Positions 1 through 7,931 of a stretch of 24,000 nucleotides of DNA are shown piece after piece (within the stretch, counting starts at the first letter, position 1; each line of letters opens with the position of its first letter). The notes beneath the pieces were generated by a model. That model was not told where the DNA came from and did not search any database. It saw only the letters and a list, made by a program, of their open reading frames with translations. The stretch covers positions 12,770-36,769 of the forward strand of contig NZ_VTTM01000004.1 in the NCBI RefSeq assembly GCF_008364795.1. Reading direction: 5' to 3'. The position numbers and the translations under genes are program-made. The stretch is from Azospirillum oryzae. Its GTDB lineage: Bacteria; Pseudomonadota; Alphaproteobacteria; Azospirillales; Azospirillaceae.

Positions 1-159
1 GATGCCTTCCTTGCGCAGTTCGACCAGGATCGCTTCCAGGAATTTGCGCGGGATATTCTCGCGCTCCGCGATGTCGGCGATCAGGATCAGGTCGCCGGTG
101 TCCTTCTCCGCCAGCATGATAAGGGCACGCAACGCATATTTGGCTTTCTGCGACAGCAT
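1..159 (-). CDS. Rrf2-family transcriptional regulator, first 53 codons only (gene runs off the left edge)
   Basis: Absent from the ORF track because it is truncated. The reverse complement of 1..159 starts with ATG (CAT at 157-159) and reads MLSQKAKYALRALIMLAEKDTGDLILIADIAERENIPRKFLEAILVELRKEGI. This is the canonical Rrf2 winged-helix N-terminus (K..YALRAL ... IP..FLE.IL..L...G). Third-codon positions are GC-rich. Confidence 0.75.
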   Translation of the reverse strand, partial: MLSQKAKYALRALIMLAEKDTGDLILIADIAERENIPRKFLEAILVELRKEGI

Positions 160-414
160 TCCGGCGGAATCCGTATTTTTGCGGCGACGGTGGTTGGTCC
201 GCCCCGATCTAAAGCTTCGGAGGTTAACATTTCGTGCCGGCCCGGTATTCCACCCAAAGGCGTGTTCCCGCCGGACGCCCGGACCTTAGCCAGTTTCGCC
301 GGCCATTGCGACCGGCTTTGCGCGAATGGTTTGCGGCATCCGGCGCGGGCGCGTTAAGGTCCCTCGGCCCCAAGGGTCATTCCGCCGTTTCCACGCAGAG
401 TCGAAGGTCAGGAC

Positions 415-1047
415 ATGCAGTACGCCATCGTTCCGGTCACCCCGTTCCAGCAGAACTGCACGGTGCTCTGGTGCCCCGAGACGATGAAGGGCGCCGTCAT
501 CGATCCCGGCGGCGACCTGGACCGCATCCTGGCCGCGGTGAAGGCGAAGGGCGTGACGCTGGAGAAGGTCCTGGTCACCCACGGCCACATCGACCATGCC
601 GGCGCCGTCGCCGATCTGGCCGACAAGCTGTCGCTGCCGATCGAGGGGCCGCACCGCGACGACCAGTTCTGGATCGACGGCATGCCGATGCAGAGCCAGA
701 TGTTCGGCTTCCCGCCCGTCCGCTCCTTCACGCCCGACCGCTGGCTGGAGGAGGGAGACACGGTGACCGTCGGCAACCAGACGCTGGAGGTGCGTCACTG
801 CCCAGGCCACACCCCCGGCCACGTCGTGTTCGTCCATGTGCCGTCGAAGCTCGCCATCGTCGGCGACGTGCTGTTCCAGGGCTCGATCGGCCGCACCGAC
901 TTCCCCAAGGGCAACTACGCCGACCTCATCGCCTCGATCCGCGACAAGCTGTTCCCCTACGGCGACGACATCGCCTTCATTCCCGGCCACGGCCCGATGT
1001 CGAATTTCGGGGAAGAGCGGCTCTACAATCCGTTCTTGAACGACTGA
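415..1047 (+). CDS. MBL-fold metallo-hydrolase (glyoxalase II / YcbL-like)
   Basis: 210-aa ORF with an ATG start. Metallo-beta-lactamase motif THGHIDH, then CPGHTPGH and GDVLFQGSIGRTDFP. Size and motif order are typical of small hydroxyacylglutathione-hydrolase-like MBL proteins. Confidence 0.9.
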   Translation: MQYAIVPVTPFQQNCTVLWCPETMKGAVIDPGGDLDRILAAVKAKGVTLEKVLVTHGHIDHAGAVADLADKLSLPIEGPHRDDQFWIDGMPMQSQMFGFPPVRSFTPDRWLEEGDTVTVGNQTLEVRHCPGHTPGHVVFVHVPSKLAIVGDVLFQGSIGRTDFPKGNYADLIASIRDKLFPYGDDIAFIPGHGPMSNFGEERLYNPFLND

Positions 1048-1059
1048 ACGCTACGCGCC

Positions 1060-1881
1060 TCAATCCACCATCGGCTCGTCGCCCAGCAGCAGGTCGATGC
1101 GGCGGCGCAGGCTGATCAGTTCGCGGCGCTGCATGTCGTCGACATAGGCGCGGTGCTCGCGCGGATCGCCCAGCCGGGCGGTCGCGCGGCGCAGCGCGTC
1201 GAGGAAGCGGCCGACCGCCGACATGGTGCGCAGCGACGGTTCCTTGGCGGCGTCCTTGCGGCTGCGGGCGGCCTGAACGGTGCCGTCGCCGGCCTTCACC
1301 TGCTCCCACAACGCCATCTGCTCGTCCAAATCCTTGATCCAGGCGATCTCGATCAGGGTGGAACGCGAGACATCGTGATGGGCGGCGGCATATTCCTGCT
1401 TGATCGTCTCCGGCAGGCTGTTCAGCCGCAGGGTATGGCTGACGTTGCTCTGGCTCTTGCCGATGATGCGGCCAAGCTGTTCCTGGGTGTATCCGAAGCG
1501 GTCGATCAGACGGGACAGCGCCTCCGCCAGTTCCAGCGCATCCAGATCGACGCGCTGCACATTCTCCACCAGCGTCAGCTCGTCCGGATTGCCGGAGGTG
1601 ACCAGCGCGTAGATGGTCGCCAGCCCCAGCATCTCATGCGCACGCAGCCGCCGTTCGCCGGCGACCAGCCGATGGCCGCCCACGACCTCCTGCACCAGGA
1701 TCGGCTGTTTCAGCCCGTAATGCGCAATCGAGTCGGCCAGACTCTGCATCTCCTGCGGGTCGAAATGGCGGCGCGGCATGCCCGGATTGCGCATCACCCG
1801 TGCGACGTCGAGTTCCAACAGCCGGGGCGGCTTGCCCGTATCGTCGAACAGATCCGAATGATCGGGTGCGAGCGTCGGCAT
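1060..1881 (-). CDS. ParB/Spo0J-like N-terminal-domain protein with HTH; orphan (no ParA in the window)
   Basis: Track ORF 1060..2037. I prefer the internal ATG (CAT at 1879-1881, MPTLAPDHS...) because the upstream 52 codons use rare GGA/AGG codons and look non-protein-like. ParB box motifs are LADSIAHYGLKQPILV and HRLVAGERRLRAH (GERR arginine patch). A ParB-type HTH follows: YTQEQLGRIIGKSQSNVSHTLRLNSLP. The C-terminal ~100 aa are unrecognised. Confidence 0.8.
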   Translation of the reverse strand: MPTLAPDHSDLFDDTGKPPRLLELDVARVMRNPGMPRRHFDPQEMQSLADSIAHYGLKQPILVQEVVGGHRLVAGERRLRAHEMLGLATIYALVTSGNPDELTLVENVQRVDLDALELAEALSRLIDRFGYTQEQLGRIIGKSQSNVSHTLRLNSLPETIKQEYAAAHHDVSRSTLIEIAWIKDLDEQMALWEQVKAGDGTVQAARSRKDAAKEPSLRTMSAVGRFLDALRRATARLGDPREHRAYVDDMQRRELISLRRRIDLLLGDEPMVD

Positions 1882-2066
1882 GTCCTGTTCCGGTCCCCTG
1901 GTCCCCTGTCCGTCCGGCGTCCTTCCGGTTCCGCAACGGTGCCCGGCGGTCACGGCCCTGTCAACGGTGCAGTGGAAGAAAAGGAGAACATTGCCGTTGC
2001 GGTTCGCCGGAGCGGGCATGGCCCGGTCCTCTCCCACTCTTCCGGCTAACCCAACGGGGGGATGTC

Positions 2067-2091
2067 CAATGGAAATACTCAGTGAAAAGGA
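2067..2091. repeat. Direct repeat copy 1 (CAATGGAAATACTCAGTGAAAAGGA) in an AT-rich divergent intergenic region
   Basis: Core 14-mer ACTCAGTGAAAAGG (2077-2090) recurs as ACTCAGTAAAAAGG at 2163-2176 (13/14). Both copies are preceded by CAATG(G)AAA. Confidence 0.7.
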
Positions 2092-2150
2092 TCCGTCATT
2101 GCAGCGTCACCGTTTTGTTAAACGATCATTCAAAATCCATTCGGCTGGCG

Positions 2151-2177
2151 CAATGAAACGTAACTCAGTAAAAAGGG
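2151..2177. repeat. Direct repeat copy 2 (CAATGAAACGTAACTCAGTAAAAAGGG)
   Basis: Same orientation as copy 1. The cores start 86 bp apart. It lies 50 nt upstream of the methyltransferase ATG at 2227. Confidence 0.7.
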
Positions 2178-2226
2178 TTGAAGCAGAGCCGAGGAATTGA
2201 TCCGGCGTCTGTTGGGAGGTCGGTCG

Positions 2227-2802
2227 ATGTCACTTGCTGAACGCAAGCTTTTTGTAGAGCGCTGGATTCGCTCACCCCTGAAGGTCGCGTCGGTAACTCC
2301 AAGCGGTCCTGAACTGTGCCGGGCCATGGCGAAGGCCGCCCACTGCGATCCCGGTCGCCGCGTTGTGGAACTGGGTCCGGGCACCGGTCCGGTCACCTCC
2401 GCGCTGCTGGCCCATGGCGTCACTCCCGACAATCTGCTGATGGTGGAACTCGACCCCGCCTTCGCCGACCATCTGTCGATTCTGCACCCCAACGCCACGG
2501 TGGTGCGCGGCGACGCCACGCGCGTCCACCGCATCGTCCGGGCCCATGGCTGGGAGACCTGCGACGCGGTGGTGTCGGGCCTGCCGCTGATCGCCATGCC
2601 GCTGTCGGTCCAGGCCCGGATCGTGCGCGGCGCTTTTTCCGTGCTGGCGCAGGACGGCGTTTTCGTGCAATTCACCTATGGTCCCTTCGCCCCGGTCAAT
2701 CCGGAACTGATCCGGCGGCTGCGGCTGAAGCCGCGGCGCCATGCCTGGATCGCCCGGAACCTGCCGCCGGCGTCGGTCTGGACCTTCCGCCGGCTGCCCT
2801 GA
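2227..2802 (+). CDS. Class I SAM-dependent methyltransferase, PmtA-like (Sinorhizobium-type phospholipid N-methyltransferase family)
   Basis: Track ORF starts at TTG 2197. I prefer ATG 2227, preceded by GGGAGG (2214-2219). SAM motif I is VVELGPGTGPVTSAL. The family-typical layout by eye is W(I).P..V.(S/A)..PS at the N-terminus, VVSGLPL..MP, VQFTYGP, and the C-terminal NLPPASVW.FRR signature I recall from PmtA-type proteins. Confidence 0.75.
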   Translation: MSLAERKLFVERWIRSPLKVASVTPSGPELCRAMAKAAHCDPGRRVVELGPGTGPVTSALLAHGVTPDNLLMVELDPAFADHLSILHPNATVVRGDATRVHRIVRAHGWETCDAVVSGLPLIAMPLSVQARIVRGAFSVLAQDGVFVQFTYGPFAPVNPELIRRLRLKPRRHAWIARNLPPASVWTFRRLP

Positions 2803-2814
2803 CGACGAGTCATT

Positions 2815-4155
2815 TTGACCGCTGATTCCATTCTGGTCGAAGCGCGCGCCCTGATCGACGCGCGCCGTTACCGCCCCGCCCTGCGCCTGCTGCGCGGCGA
2901 TGCCTTCCCCCACGGGCTTGCCAACGGACTTGCCAACGGACTTGAACGTCTGCATCTGCTGGGTCTGGCCCATCTCGGCCATCGCGACGCCCCGGCGGCC
3001 ATCGCCTGCCTGCGCCGCGTTCTGGCCCACCGGCCGGACGATCCGGACCTGCTGTCGGCCCTGGCCCAGGCCCATCAGGCCGACAACGCCCCCTTCCCCG
3101 CCGTTCGCTGGTTCGAGCGCGCGGCCCGGGTCACGCCCGGCGACGCGACACTCACCGCATCCCTGGCCGGCGCCCTTCGCCGCGACGCCCGCTATGGCGA
3201 CGCGCTGACCCTGGCCCGGACGGCGATCCGCGGTGGTGACACCTCGCCCGACATTCGTTATGAGGCGGCGATGGCCGCCGCCTATCTCGGCGAGGATGCG
3301 GAGTCACTGGCCCATTTCGACGCTTTGCTCGCCGACGATCCCGAACATGCCGCCGCCTGGTTCGGCAGCCATGCCCAGGCGCTGCATCACCACGGCCCCG
3401 AGGAGGCCCTGCGCCGCCTGCGCCGCGCCACCCGCTGCGGCGGCGCCAACGGCAAATATTGGGGCTATCTCGCCGCCACCCTGCGGCTGCTCGGCCGCGA
3501 TGCCGAGGCCGAGGCCGTCGAGGATGCCGAGATCGGCGACAACCCGAAGCGCCGGCCGCTTCCCGACGGTGCCAAGGCGCTGCTGCCGAAGCTCTCCGCG
3601 GACTTCCGGCTGTTCGGCAACAGCGGCCGGCTGCTGCGCCACGCGCTGGCCTGCGCCGCGACTTCCGGTCTGGTTCTGGAGTTCGGCGTGCGGCGCGGCA
3701 CCTCGCTCAACCATATCGCCGATGTGGCAGAGCAGGAGGTCCACGGTTTCGATTCGTTCGAGGGGCTGCCGGAGGGCTGGGTCAACTCCCCCCGCGGTGT
3801 GCTGACCACCGGCAGCCAGCTGCCGCCGGTGCGCGACAATGCCCGCCTGCATGTGGGGTGGTTCGAGGACAGCCTGCCGCCTTTCCTCGCCGCCCATCCA
3901 GGGCCGGTGCGCTTCGTCAATGTCGACAGCGACATCTACGCCTCGGCCCGCACCGTGCTGACCGCGTTGGCCGACCGGGTGCGGCCGGGAACCGTCATCG
4001 TGTTCGACGAGTATATCGGCAACCGCAGCTGGCGCGACGACGAGTACCGGGCGTTCCAGGAATTCGCCGCGGAGAACGCGGTCCGCTACGAGTATTTCGC
4101 GGCCAGCCCCTACACCAAGCAGGTGGCGGTGCGGGTGCTGGGGATCGGAACCTGA
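2815..4155 (+). CDS. TPR-repeat protein fused to a TylF/macrocin-O-methyltransferase-like (Methyltransf_24-type) SAM-dependent methyltransferase domain
   Basis: 446-aa ORF. The only available start after the in-frame stop at 2800-2802 is TTG 2815, 12 nt after the upstream gene, so the two are a likely operon. The N-terminal ~230 aa are Ala/Leu-rich helical repeats (TPR-like: A..AL....P....A....A......G....A). The C-terminal domain has LEFGVRRGTSLNHIA, GFDSFEGLPEGW, GWFEDSLPPF and VNVDSDIYASARTVLTALADRVRPGTVIVFDEY, matching the TylF-type pattern (FxGxP ... DxDxYxS ... DDY/DEY). Confidence 0.8.
   Translation: MTADSILVEARALIDARRYRPALRLLRGDAFPHGLANGLANGLERLHLLGLAHLGHRDAPAAIACLRRVLAHRPDDPDLLSALAQAHQADNAPFPAVRWFERAARVTPGDATLTASLAGALRRDARYGDALTLARTAIRGGDTSPDIRYEAAMAAAYLGEDAESLAHFDALLADDPEHAAAWFGSHAQALHHHGPEEALRRLRRATRCGGANGKYWGYLAATLRLLGRDAEAEAVEDAEIGDNPKRRPLPDGAKALLPKLSADFRLFGNSGRLLRHALACAATSGLVLEFGVRRGTSLNHIADVAEQEVHGFDSFEGLPEGWVNSPRGVLTTGSQLPPVRDNARLHVGWFEDSLPPFLAAHPGPVRFVNVDSDIYASARTVLTALADRVRPGTVIVFDEYIGNRSWRDDEYRAFQEFAAENAVRYEYFAASPYTKQVAVRVLGIGT
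2917..2940 (+). repeat. Perfect 12-bp in-frame tandem duplication (CTTGCCAACGGA x2, plus a degenerate third unit)
   Basis: Read directly. It encodes GLANGLANGL within the TPR-methyltransferase CDS. Confidence 0.9.
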
Positions 4156-4164
4156 ACAATGGCT

Positions 4165-4194
4165 GCGGCAGAGGGGGCAATGCCCCTCCGCCGC
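4165..4194. terminator. Imperfect GC-rich hairpin between convergent genes (possible bidirectional terminator)
   Basis: GCGGCAGAGGGGGCA / TGCCCCTCCGCCGC arms (one mismatch, one bulge) lie between the methyltransferase stop (4155) and the glcB stop (4205). There is no clear U-tract on either strand. Confidence 0.4.
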
Positions 4195-4204
4195 AAATAC
4201 CAAC

Positions 4205-6364
4205 TCACCCCGCCGCCTTCACCTGACGGCGACGCGCGTGCAGGACCGGCTCGGTGTAGCCGTTCGGCTGGACGCGACCCTTGAACACCAGATCGCACGC
4301 CGCCTGGAAGGCGATGCTGCCGTCGAAGTTGCCGGCCATCGGCTTGTACAGCGGGTCGCCGGCATTCTGCTTGTCGACGACGGCGGCCATGCGCTTCATG
4401 ACCTCCATCACCTGCGCTTCGGTGCAGATGCCGTGGTGCAGCCAGTTGGCGATGTGCTGGCTGGAGATGCGCAGGGTGGCGCGGTCTTCCATCAGCCCGA
4501 CGTCGTGGATGTCCGGCACCTTGGAGCAGCCGACGCCCTGGTCGATCCAGCGCACCACATAGCCGAGGATTCCCTGGGCGTTGTTCTCCAGCTCCTGCCG
4601 GATCTCGTCCTCCGACCAGTTGGGACGGTCGGCGAGCGGGATGGTCAGGATGTCGGACAGGGATGCTGCCTGACGCTTGGCCAGCTGGTCCTGCACCTCG
4701 GCCACATTCACGGCGTGGTAGTGGGTGGCATGCAGGGTGGCGGCGGTCGGCGACGGCACCCAGGCGGTGTTGGCGCCGGCCTTCGGGTGGCCGATTTTGG
4801 CGACCAGCATGTCGGCCATCAGGTCCGGCATCGCCCACATGCCCTTGCCGATCTGGGCGCGGCCCTTCAGCCCGGCGCGCAGGCCGACATCGACATTGTT
4901 GTCCTCATAGGCCGAAATCCACTTGGTGGCCTTCATCGCCGCCTTGCGGACGACCGGGCCGGCCTCCATCGAGGTGTGGATCTCGTCGCCGGTGCGGTCG
5001 AGGAAGCCGGTGTTGATGAACACCACGCGGTCCTTGGCGGCGCGGATGCACTCCTTGAGGTTGACGCTGGTGCGGCGCTCCTCGTCCATGATGCCGACCT
5101 TGAGGGTGTTGCGGGCCATGCCCAGCAGGTCCTCGACACGGCCGAACAACTCGTCGGCGAAGGCGACCTCTTCCGGCCCGTGCATCTTCGGCTTCACGAT
5201 GTAGACGGAGCCGGCGCGGCTGTTGCGCAGACCGCCTTCCGCCTTCAGGTCATGCAGCGCGATCAGCGAGGTGAAGACGCCGTCGAGGATGCCCTCCGGC
5301 GCCTCGCTGCCGTCGGACAGCTTGACCATGTCGATGGTCATCAGATGGCCGACATTGCGGACCAGCAGCAGGCTGCGGCCATGCAGGGTGACGCTGCCGG
5401 TCGGCGTGGTGTAGACGCGGTCCGGGTTCAGCTTGCGGACGACGGTCTTGTCGCCCTTGGGGAAGCTCGCCTCCAGCGTGCCCTTCATCAGGCCCAGCCA
5501 GTTGCGATAGGCGACGACCTTGTCCTCCGCATCCACGGCGGCGACGGAATCCTCGCAGTCCTGGATGGTCGACAGGGCCGCTTCCAGCACCACGTCGGCA
5601 ACGCCGGCCGCGTCGTCCTTGCCGATCACGCTGTTGCGGTCGATGCGGATTTCGATGTGGGTGCCGTTCTGGACCAGCAGCACGGCCGACGGCGCCGAAG
5701 GCTCGCCCTGCCAGCCGACGAAGGCGGCCTTGTCCTTCAGGCCGGTCTTGCCGCCGCTCTTCAGCGTCACCGCCAGCGTGTCGCCCTCGACCGCATAGCC
5801 GGTGGCGTCGGCATGACTGCCCTCGGCCAGCGGAACGCTGTCGTCCAGGAACTTGCGCGCCCAGGCGATCACCTGCGCGCCGCGGGCGGCGTCATAACCG
5901 CCGGCCGCCGGGGTGCCCGGAATGGCGTCGGTGCCGTACAGCGCGTCGTACAGGCTGCCCCAGCGCGCGTTGGCGGCGTTCAGGGCATAGCGGGCGTTGG
6001 TGATCGGCACCACCAGCTGCGGACCGGCGAGATAGGCGATTTCCGGATCGACATTGCCGGTGCCGACGGCGAAGTCGCCGCCCTCCGGCACCAGATAGCC
6101 GATCTCGCGCAGGAAGGATTCGTATTCGGCCTGATCGAAGACCTTGCCGCGGCGGGCGACATGCCACGCGTCGATCTGCGCCTGCAGGCTGTCGCGCTTG
6201 TCCAGCAGAGCCTTGTTGCGCGGCGCCAGCTCGTGCAGGAGCTGGTCGAGGCCGGTCCAGAGACGGTCGGCGTCGACACCAGTCCCCGGCAGCGCCTCCT
6301 CATTGATGAAGTCGTACAGCGGCTGGGCGATTTCGAGGCCGCCACGGCGGATCCAGTTGCTCAT
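4205..6364 (-). CDS. glcB: Malate synthase G
   Basis: 719 aa, the typical GlcB length. The N-terminus ...[57 protein letters not shown] parallels, from memory, E. coli GlcB (FVDEEVLPGTGLDAAAFW...[23 protein letters not shown]). ATG start (CAT 6362-6364). Confidence 0.97.
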   Translation of the reverse strand: MSNWIRRGGLEIAQPLYDFINEEALPGTGVDADRLWTGLDQLLHELAPRNKALLDKRDSLQAQIDAWHVARRGKVFDQAEYESFLREIGYLVPEGGDFAVGTGNVDPEIAYLAGPQLVVPITNARYALNAANARWGSLYDALYGTDAIPGTPAAGGYDAARGAQVIAWARKFLDDSVPLAEGSHADATGYAVEGDTLAVTLKSGGKTGLKDKAAFVGWQGEPSAPSAVLLVQNGTHIEIRIDRNSVIGKDDAAGVADVVLEAALSTIQDCEDSVAAVDAEDKVVAYRNWLGLMKGTLEASFPKGDKTVVRKLNPDRVYTTPTGSVTLHGRSLLLVRNVGHLMTIDMVKLSDGSEAPEGILDGVFTSLIALHDLKAEGGLRNSRAGSVYIVKPKMHGPEEVAFADELFGRVEDLLGMARNTLKVGIMDEERRTSVNLKECIRAAKDRVVFINTGFLDRTGDEIHTSMEAGPVVRKAAMKATKWISAYEDNNVDVGLRAGLKGRAQIGKGMWAMPDLMADMLVAKIGHPKAGANTAWVPSPTAATLHATHYHAVNVAEVQDQLAKRQAASLSDILTIPLADRPNWSEDEIRQELENNAQGILGYVVRWIDQGVGCSKVPDIHDVGLMEDRATLRISSQHIANWLHHGICTEAQVMEVMKRMAAVVDKQNAGDPLYKPMAGNFDGSIAFQAACDLVFKGRVQPNGYTEPVLHARRRQVKAAG

Positions 6365-6513
6365 CTCGTTGCGTGTCCCATTCTCTTGCGCTCGGTTCGC
6401 AGACTCCTCTCCGGGAGTCTTGGTTCATCGGTTATCGCGTCTTCCGCGCGAGCCGGTCAACACAATGTCGCACCGCAGCGTATGGAGAAATGGTAGCAGA
6501 CGGCCTATCCCGG

Positions 6514-7725
6514 TCAGGCCAGCAGATTCAGCGCCGCCGCCGGCTGGACGGTCGGATCGGCGGTCGATGGCATGGCCGGCATCTCCGCACTTTCCGCATC
6601 GCCGCCGAGCAGTCCGGCCACGGCAAGGGCTTCGCTGGACCCGAACGCCGCGGCGCGCAGGGCGTTGACCTCCTTCTGGGCGGCTTCGACCATCTTGTCG
6701 TCGGCCTTGAAGCCCTCCCGCCGCTCGCGCCGCCGTTTCTCCGACTCGTCCAGCATGTTGGCGGCCTTCGCCTCGCCGATGATGCGCTTGGAGGTGGCAA
6801 GCACCCCCTCCACCCGCTGGCCGAAGGTGTCGGCTTCGCGGTAACGCGACATCTTAACGGCGTTGTCGGCCATCAACTGCTGGATCATCGCGCTTCGCCC
6901 GCCGGTGCCGGCAGTCGCGGCGGCAGACGGGCCGGCGGCAGACGGGCCGGCGGCAGACGGATCGGCGGCGGATAGGCCGGCGGATGGGCCGGCGGCGGTC
7001 ATCCCCCCATTGCCCAGGCCCGACAGCACGTCCTCCACCATGCGGGCGATGTCATCCGGCAGTTTGCCGTCCCGCACCCCCGCCGCGCCCGCGGACTGAA
7101 GATCCGCGTCGGCACCGGCATCCGCAGCCATCAGGTCGGCCGCGCTTTCCGCAGAACCGGCGGCGACCGAAGCCCCCTCCCCCGTCGAGATGCCGATGGT
7201 CAGCGTCACTTCGGTCTGCTGCAGGGTCAGGCTCGTGGTGCTGCGGGTGATCGTCGTCTCCGACGACAGCATCATGCTGCCGCCGGCGGCTGCGCTGGTG
7301 TCGCCGGGCAGCCCCATCTCCGCCGCGGCCTTGATGCCGGCACCATATTCTTTGGCGGCGCGCCCGGCCTCGCGCGCCAGCAGCGCCGCTTCCCGCGCCA
7401 GGGTCGCCAGCTTCTGCGGATCGCCCTGGGCGAAGCGCATCGCCAGCTTCAGTTGCTCGATCTTGCGTTCGACCTGCTCAAGCCGGGCGGCGGCCGCCTG
7501 CTTGGGTCCGCCCACCCGCCTCGCCTCTTCCAGCGCCGCCTGGGCGCTGGCATGGTCGCTCTGCCATTTGGCGGCGGCCTGGGTCAGCGCCTGCGCCCGC
7601 TCCGCCTTCTGGGCGAGCTGGCCCTGGGCGTCCTTCGCCTGAAGCTCCTTCTCCCACGGCTTCTTCGCCTGCTGCAGGCGGAAAAGACCGGCCTGACTGT
7701 CGGCCACCACGCTGAAGACGCTCAT
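6514..7725 (-). CDS. Hypothetical protein: N-terminal coiled-coil, short Thr-rich beta-like core, Ala/Gly/Pro-rich repeat linker, charged C-terminal helix
   Basis: Track ORF 6514..7866. I prefer ATG at 7725 (CAT 7723-7725), preceded by GGGGGA about 9 nt upstream (MSVFSVVADSQ...). GC3 bias is strong along the whole frame, so it is real coding sequence. I recognise no signal peptide, TM segment or enzymatic motif. Confidence 0.65.
   Translation of the reverse strand: MSVFSVVADSQAGLFRLQQAKKPWEKELQAKDAQGQLAQKAERAQALTQAAAKWQSDHASAQAALEEARRVGGPKQAAAARLEQVERKIEQLKLAMRFAQGDPQKLATLAREAALLAREAGRAAKEYGAGIKAAAEMGLPGDTSAAAGGSMMLSSETTITRSTTSLTLQQTEVTLTIGISTGEGASVAAGSAESAADLMAADAGADADLQSAGAAGVRDGKLPDDIARMVEDVLSGLGNGGMTAAGPSAGLSAADPSAAGPSAAGPSAAATAGTGGRSAMIQQLMADNAVKMSRYREADTFGQRVEGVLATSKRIIGEAKAANMLDESEKRRRERREGFKADDKMVEAAQKEVNALRAAAFGSSEALAVAGLLGGDAESAEMPAMPSTADPTVQPAAALNLLA
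6919..6993 (-). repeat. 15-bp in-frame tandem repeat, about 5 units (2 perfect, 3 degenerate), encoding an AGPSA-type pentapeptide repeat
   Basis: GGCGGCAGACGGGCC at 6919-6933 and 6934-6948 are identical. 6949-6993 holds decaying copies. On the coding strand this gives ...AAGPSAGLSAADPSAAGPSAAGPSAA... Confidence 0.9.
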
Positions 7726-7815
7726 GCCGCCATCCCCCGGTCCGGCCGCACCGACTTGTTCGCGGCAAAGTTTAGCACAATCGGAGAAACTGTCCATTTC
7801 GCGCAGCGGCTGCGT

Positions 7816-7841
7816 GGAACCCCGAAGGCTTGGCTGGTGTT
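7816..7841 (+). promoter_or_regulatory. Candidate EcfG-type (alphaproteobacterial general stress response sigma) promoter: GGAAC-N17-TGTT
   Basis: GGAAC at 7816-7820 and TGTT at 7838-7841. The consensus I recall is GGAAC-N16/17-CGTT, so there is one mismatch in the -10 element. It lies about 90 nt upstream of the ATG at 7932. Confidence 0.25.
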
Positions 7842-7931
7842 TCCCTCCCGACACCCGATTCCGCAACGGGCGGTTTGATGCCGCAGGCGCGGAGCCGCGG
7901 AATACCGGAATCCCCGAGGAGGAAAGACAAG

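Noticed and set aside
1929-1939. The 11-mer TTCCGCAACGG is shared by two divergent control regions (1929-1939 and 7859-7869), and its reverse complement core (CCGTTGCGG) occurs near 1993-2001.
   Set aside because: By a rough estimate, many 11-mer coincidences are expected in 24 kb of two-stranded GC-biased sequence. There is no surrounding similarity.
1882-2037. N-terminal extensions of track ORFs: ParB-like to 2037, hypothetical to 7866, 7830.., 9253.., 10725.., 14755.., 16083.., ABM to 19039, 19246.., LivJ-like to 23610.
   Set aside because: The extensions overlap upstream genes or run through intergenic DNA, have atypical codons and composition, and lack RBSs. In each case an internal ATG with a good RBS or a stop/start overlap gives a protein that begins where the family normally begins.
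6401-6420. Hairpin AGACTCC-TCTCCG-GGAGTCT between the hypothetical gene and glcB, considered as a terminator. A possible glcB promoter TTGACC-N18-GATAAC is on the minus strand (6455-6460 / 6431-6436).
   Set aside because: The stem is only 7 bp and no U-tract follows on the transcribed strand. The promoter spacing (18 nt) and -10 are weak. It could be a leader structure, but the evidence is too thin to call.
4238-6496. 752-aa ORF antisense to glcB. Similar long antisense or shadow ORFs occur at 286..990, 1153..2049, 2272..3075, 3304..4203, 10233..11780, 11808..13481, 13550..14764, 14803..16083, 15867..16820, 19411..21462, 21502..22413 and 22567..23742.
   Set aside because: These are typical stop-codon-poor shadow frames of high-GC DNA. 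Their products are Arg/Ala/Gly/Pro/His-rich with no motifs, and each lies opposite a gene with an unmistakable family signature.
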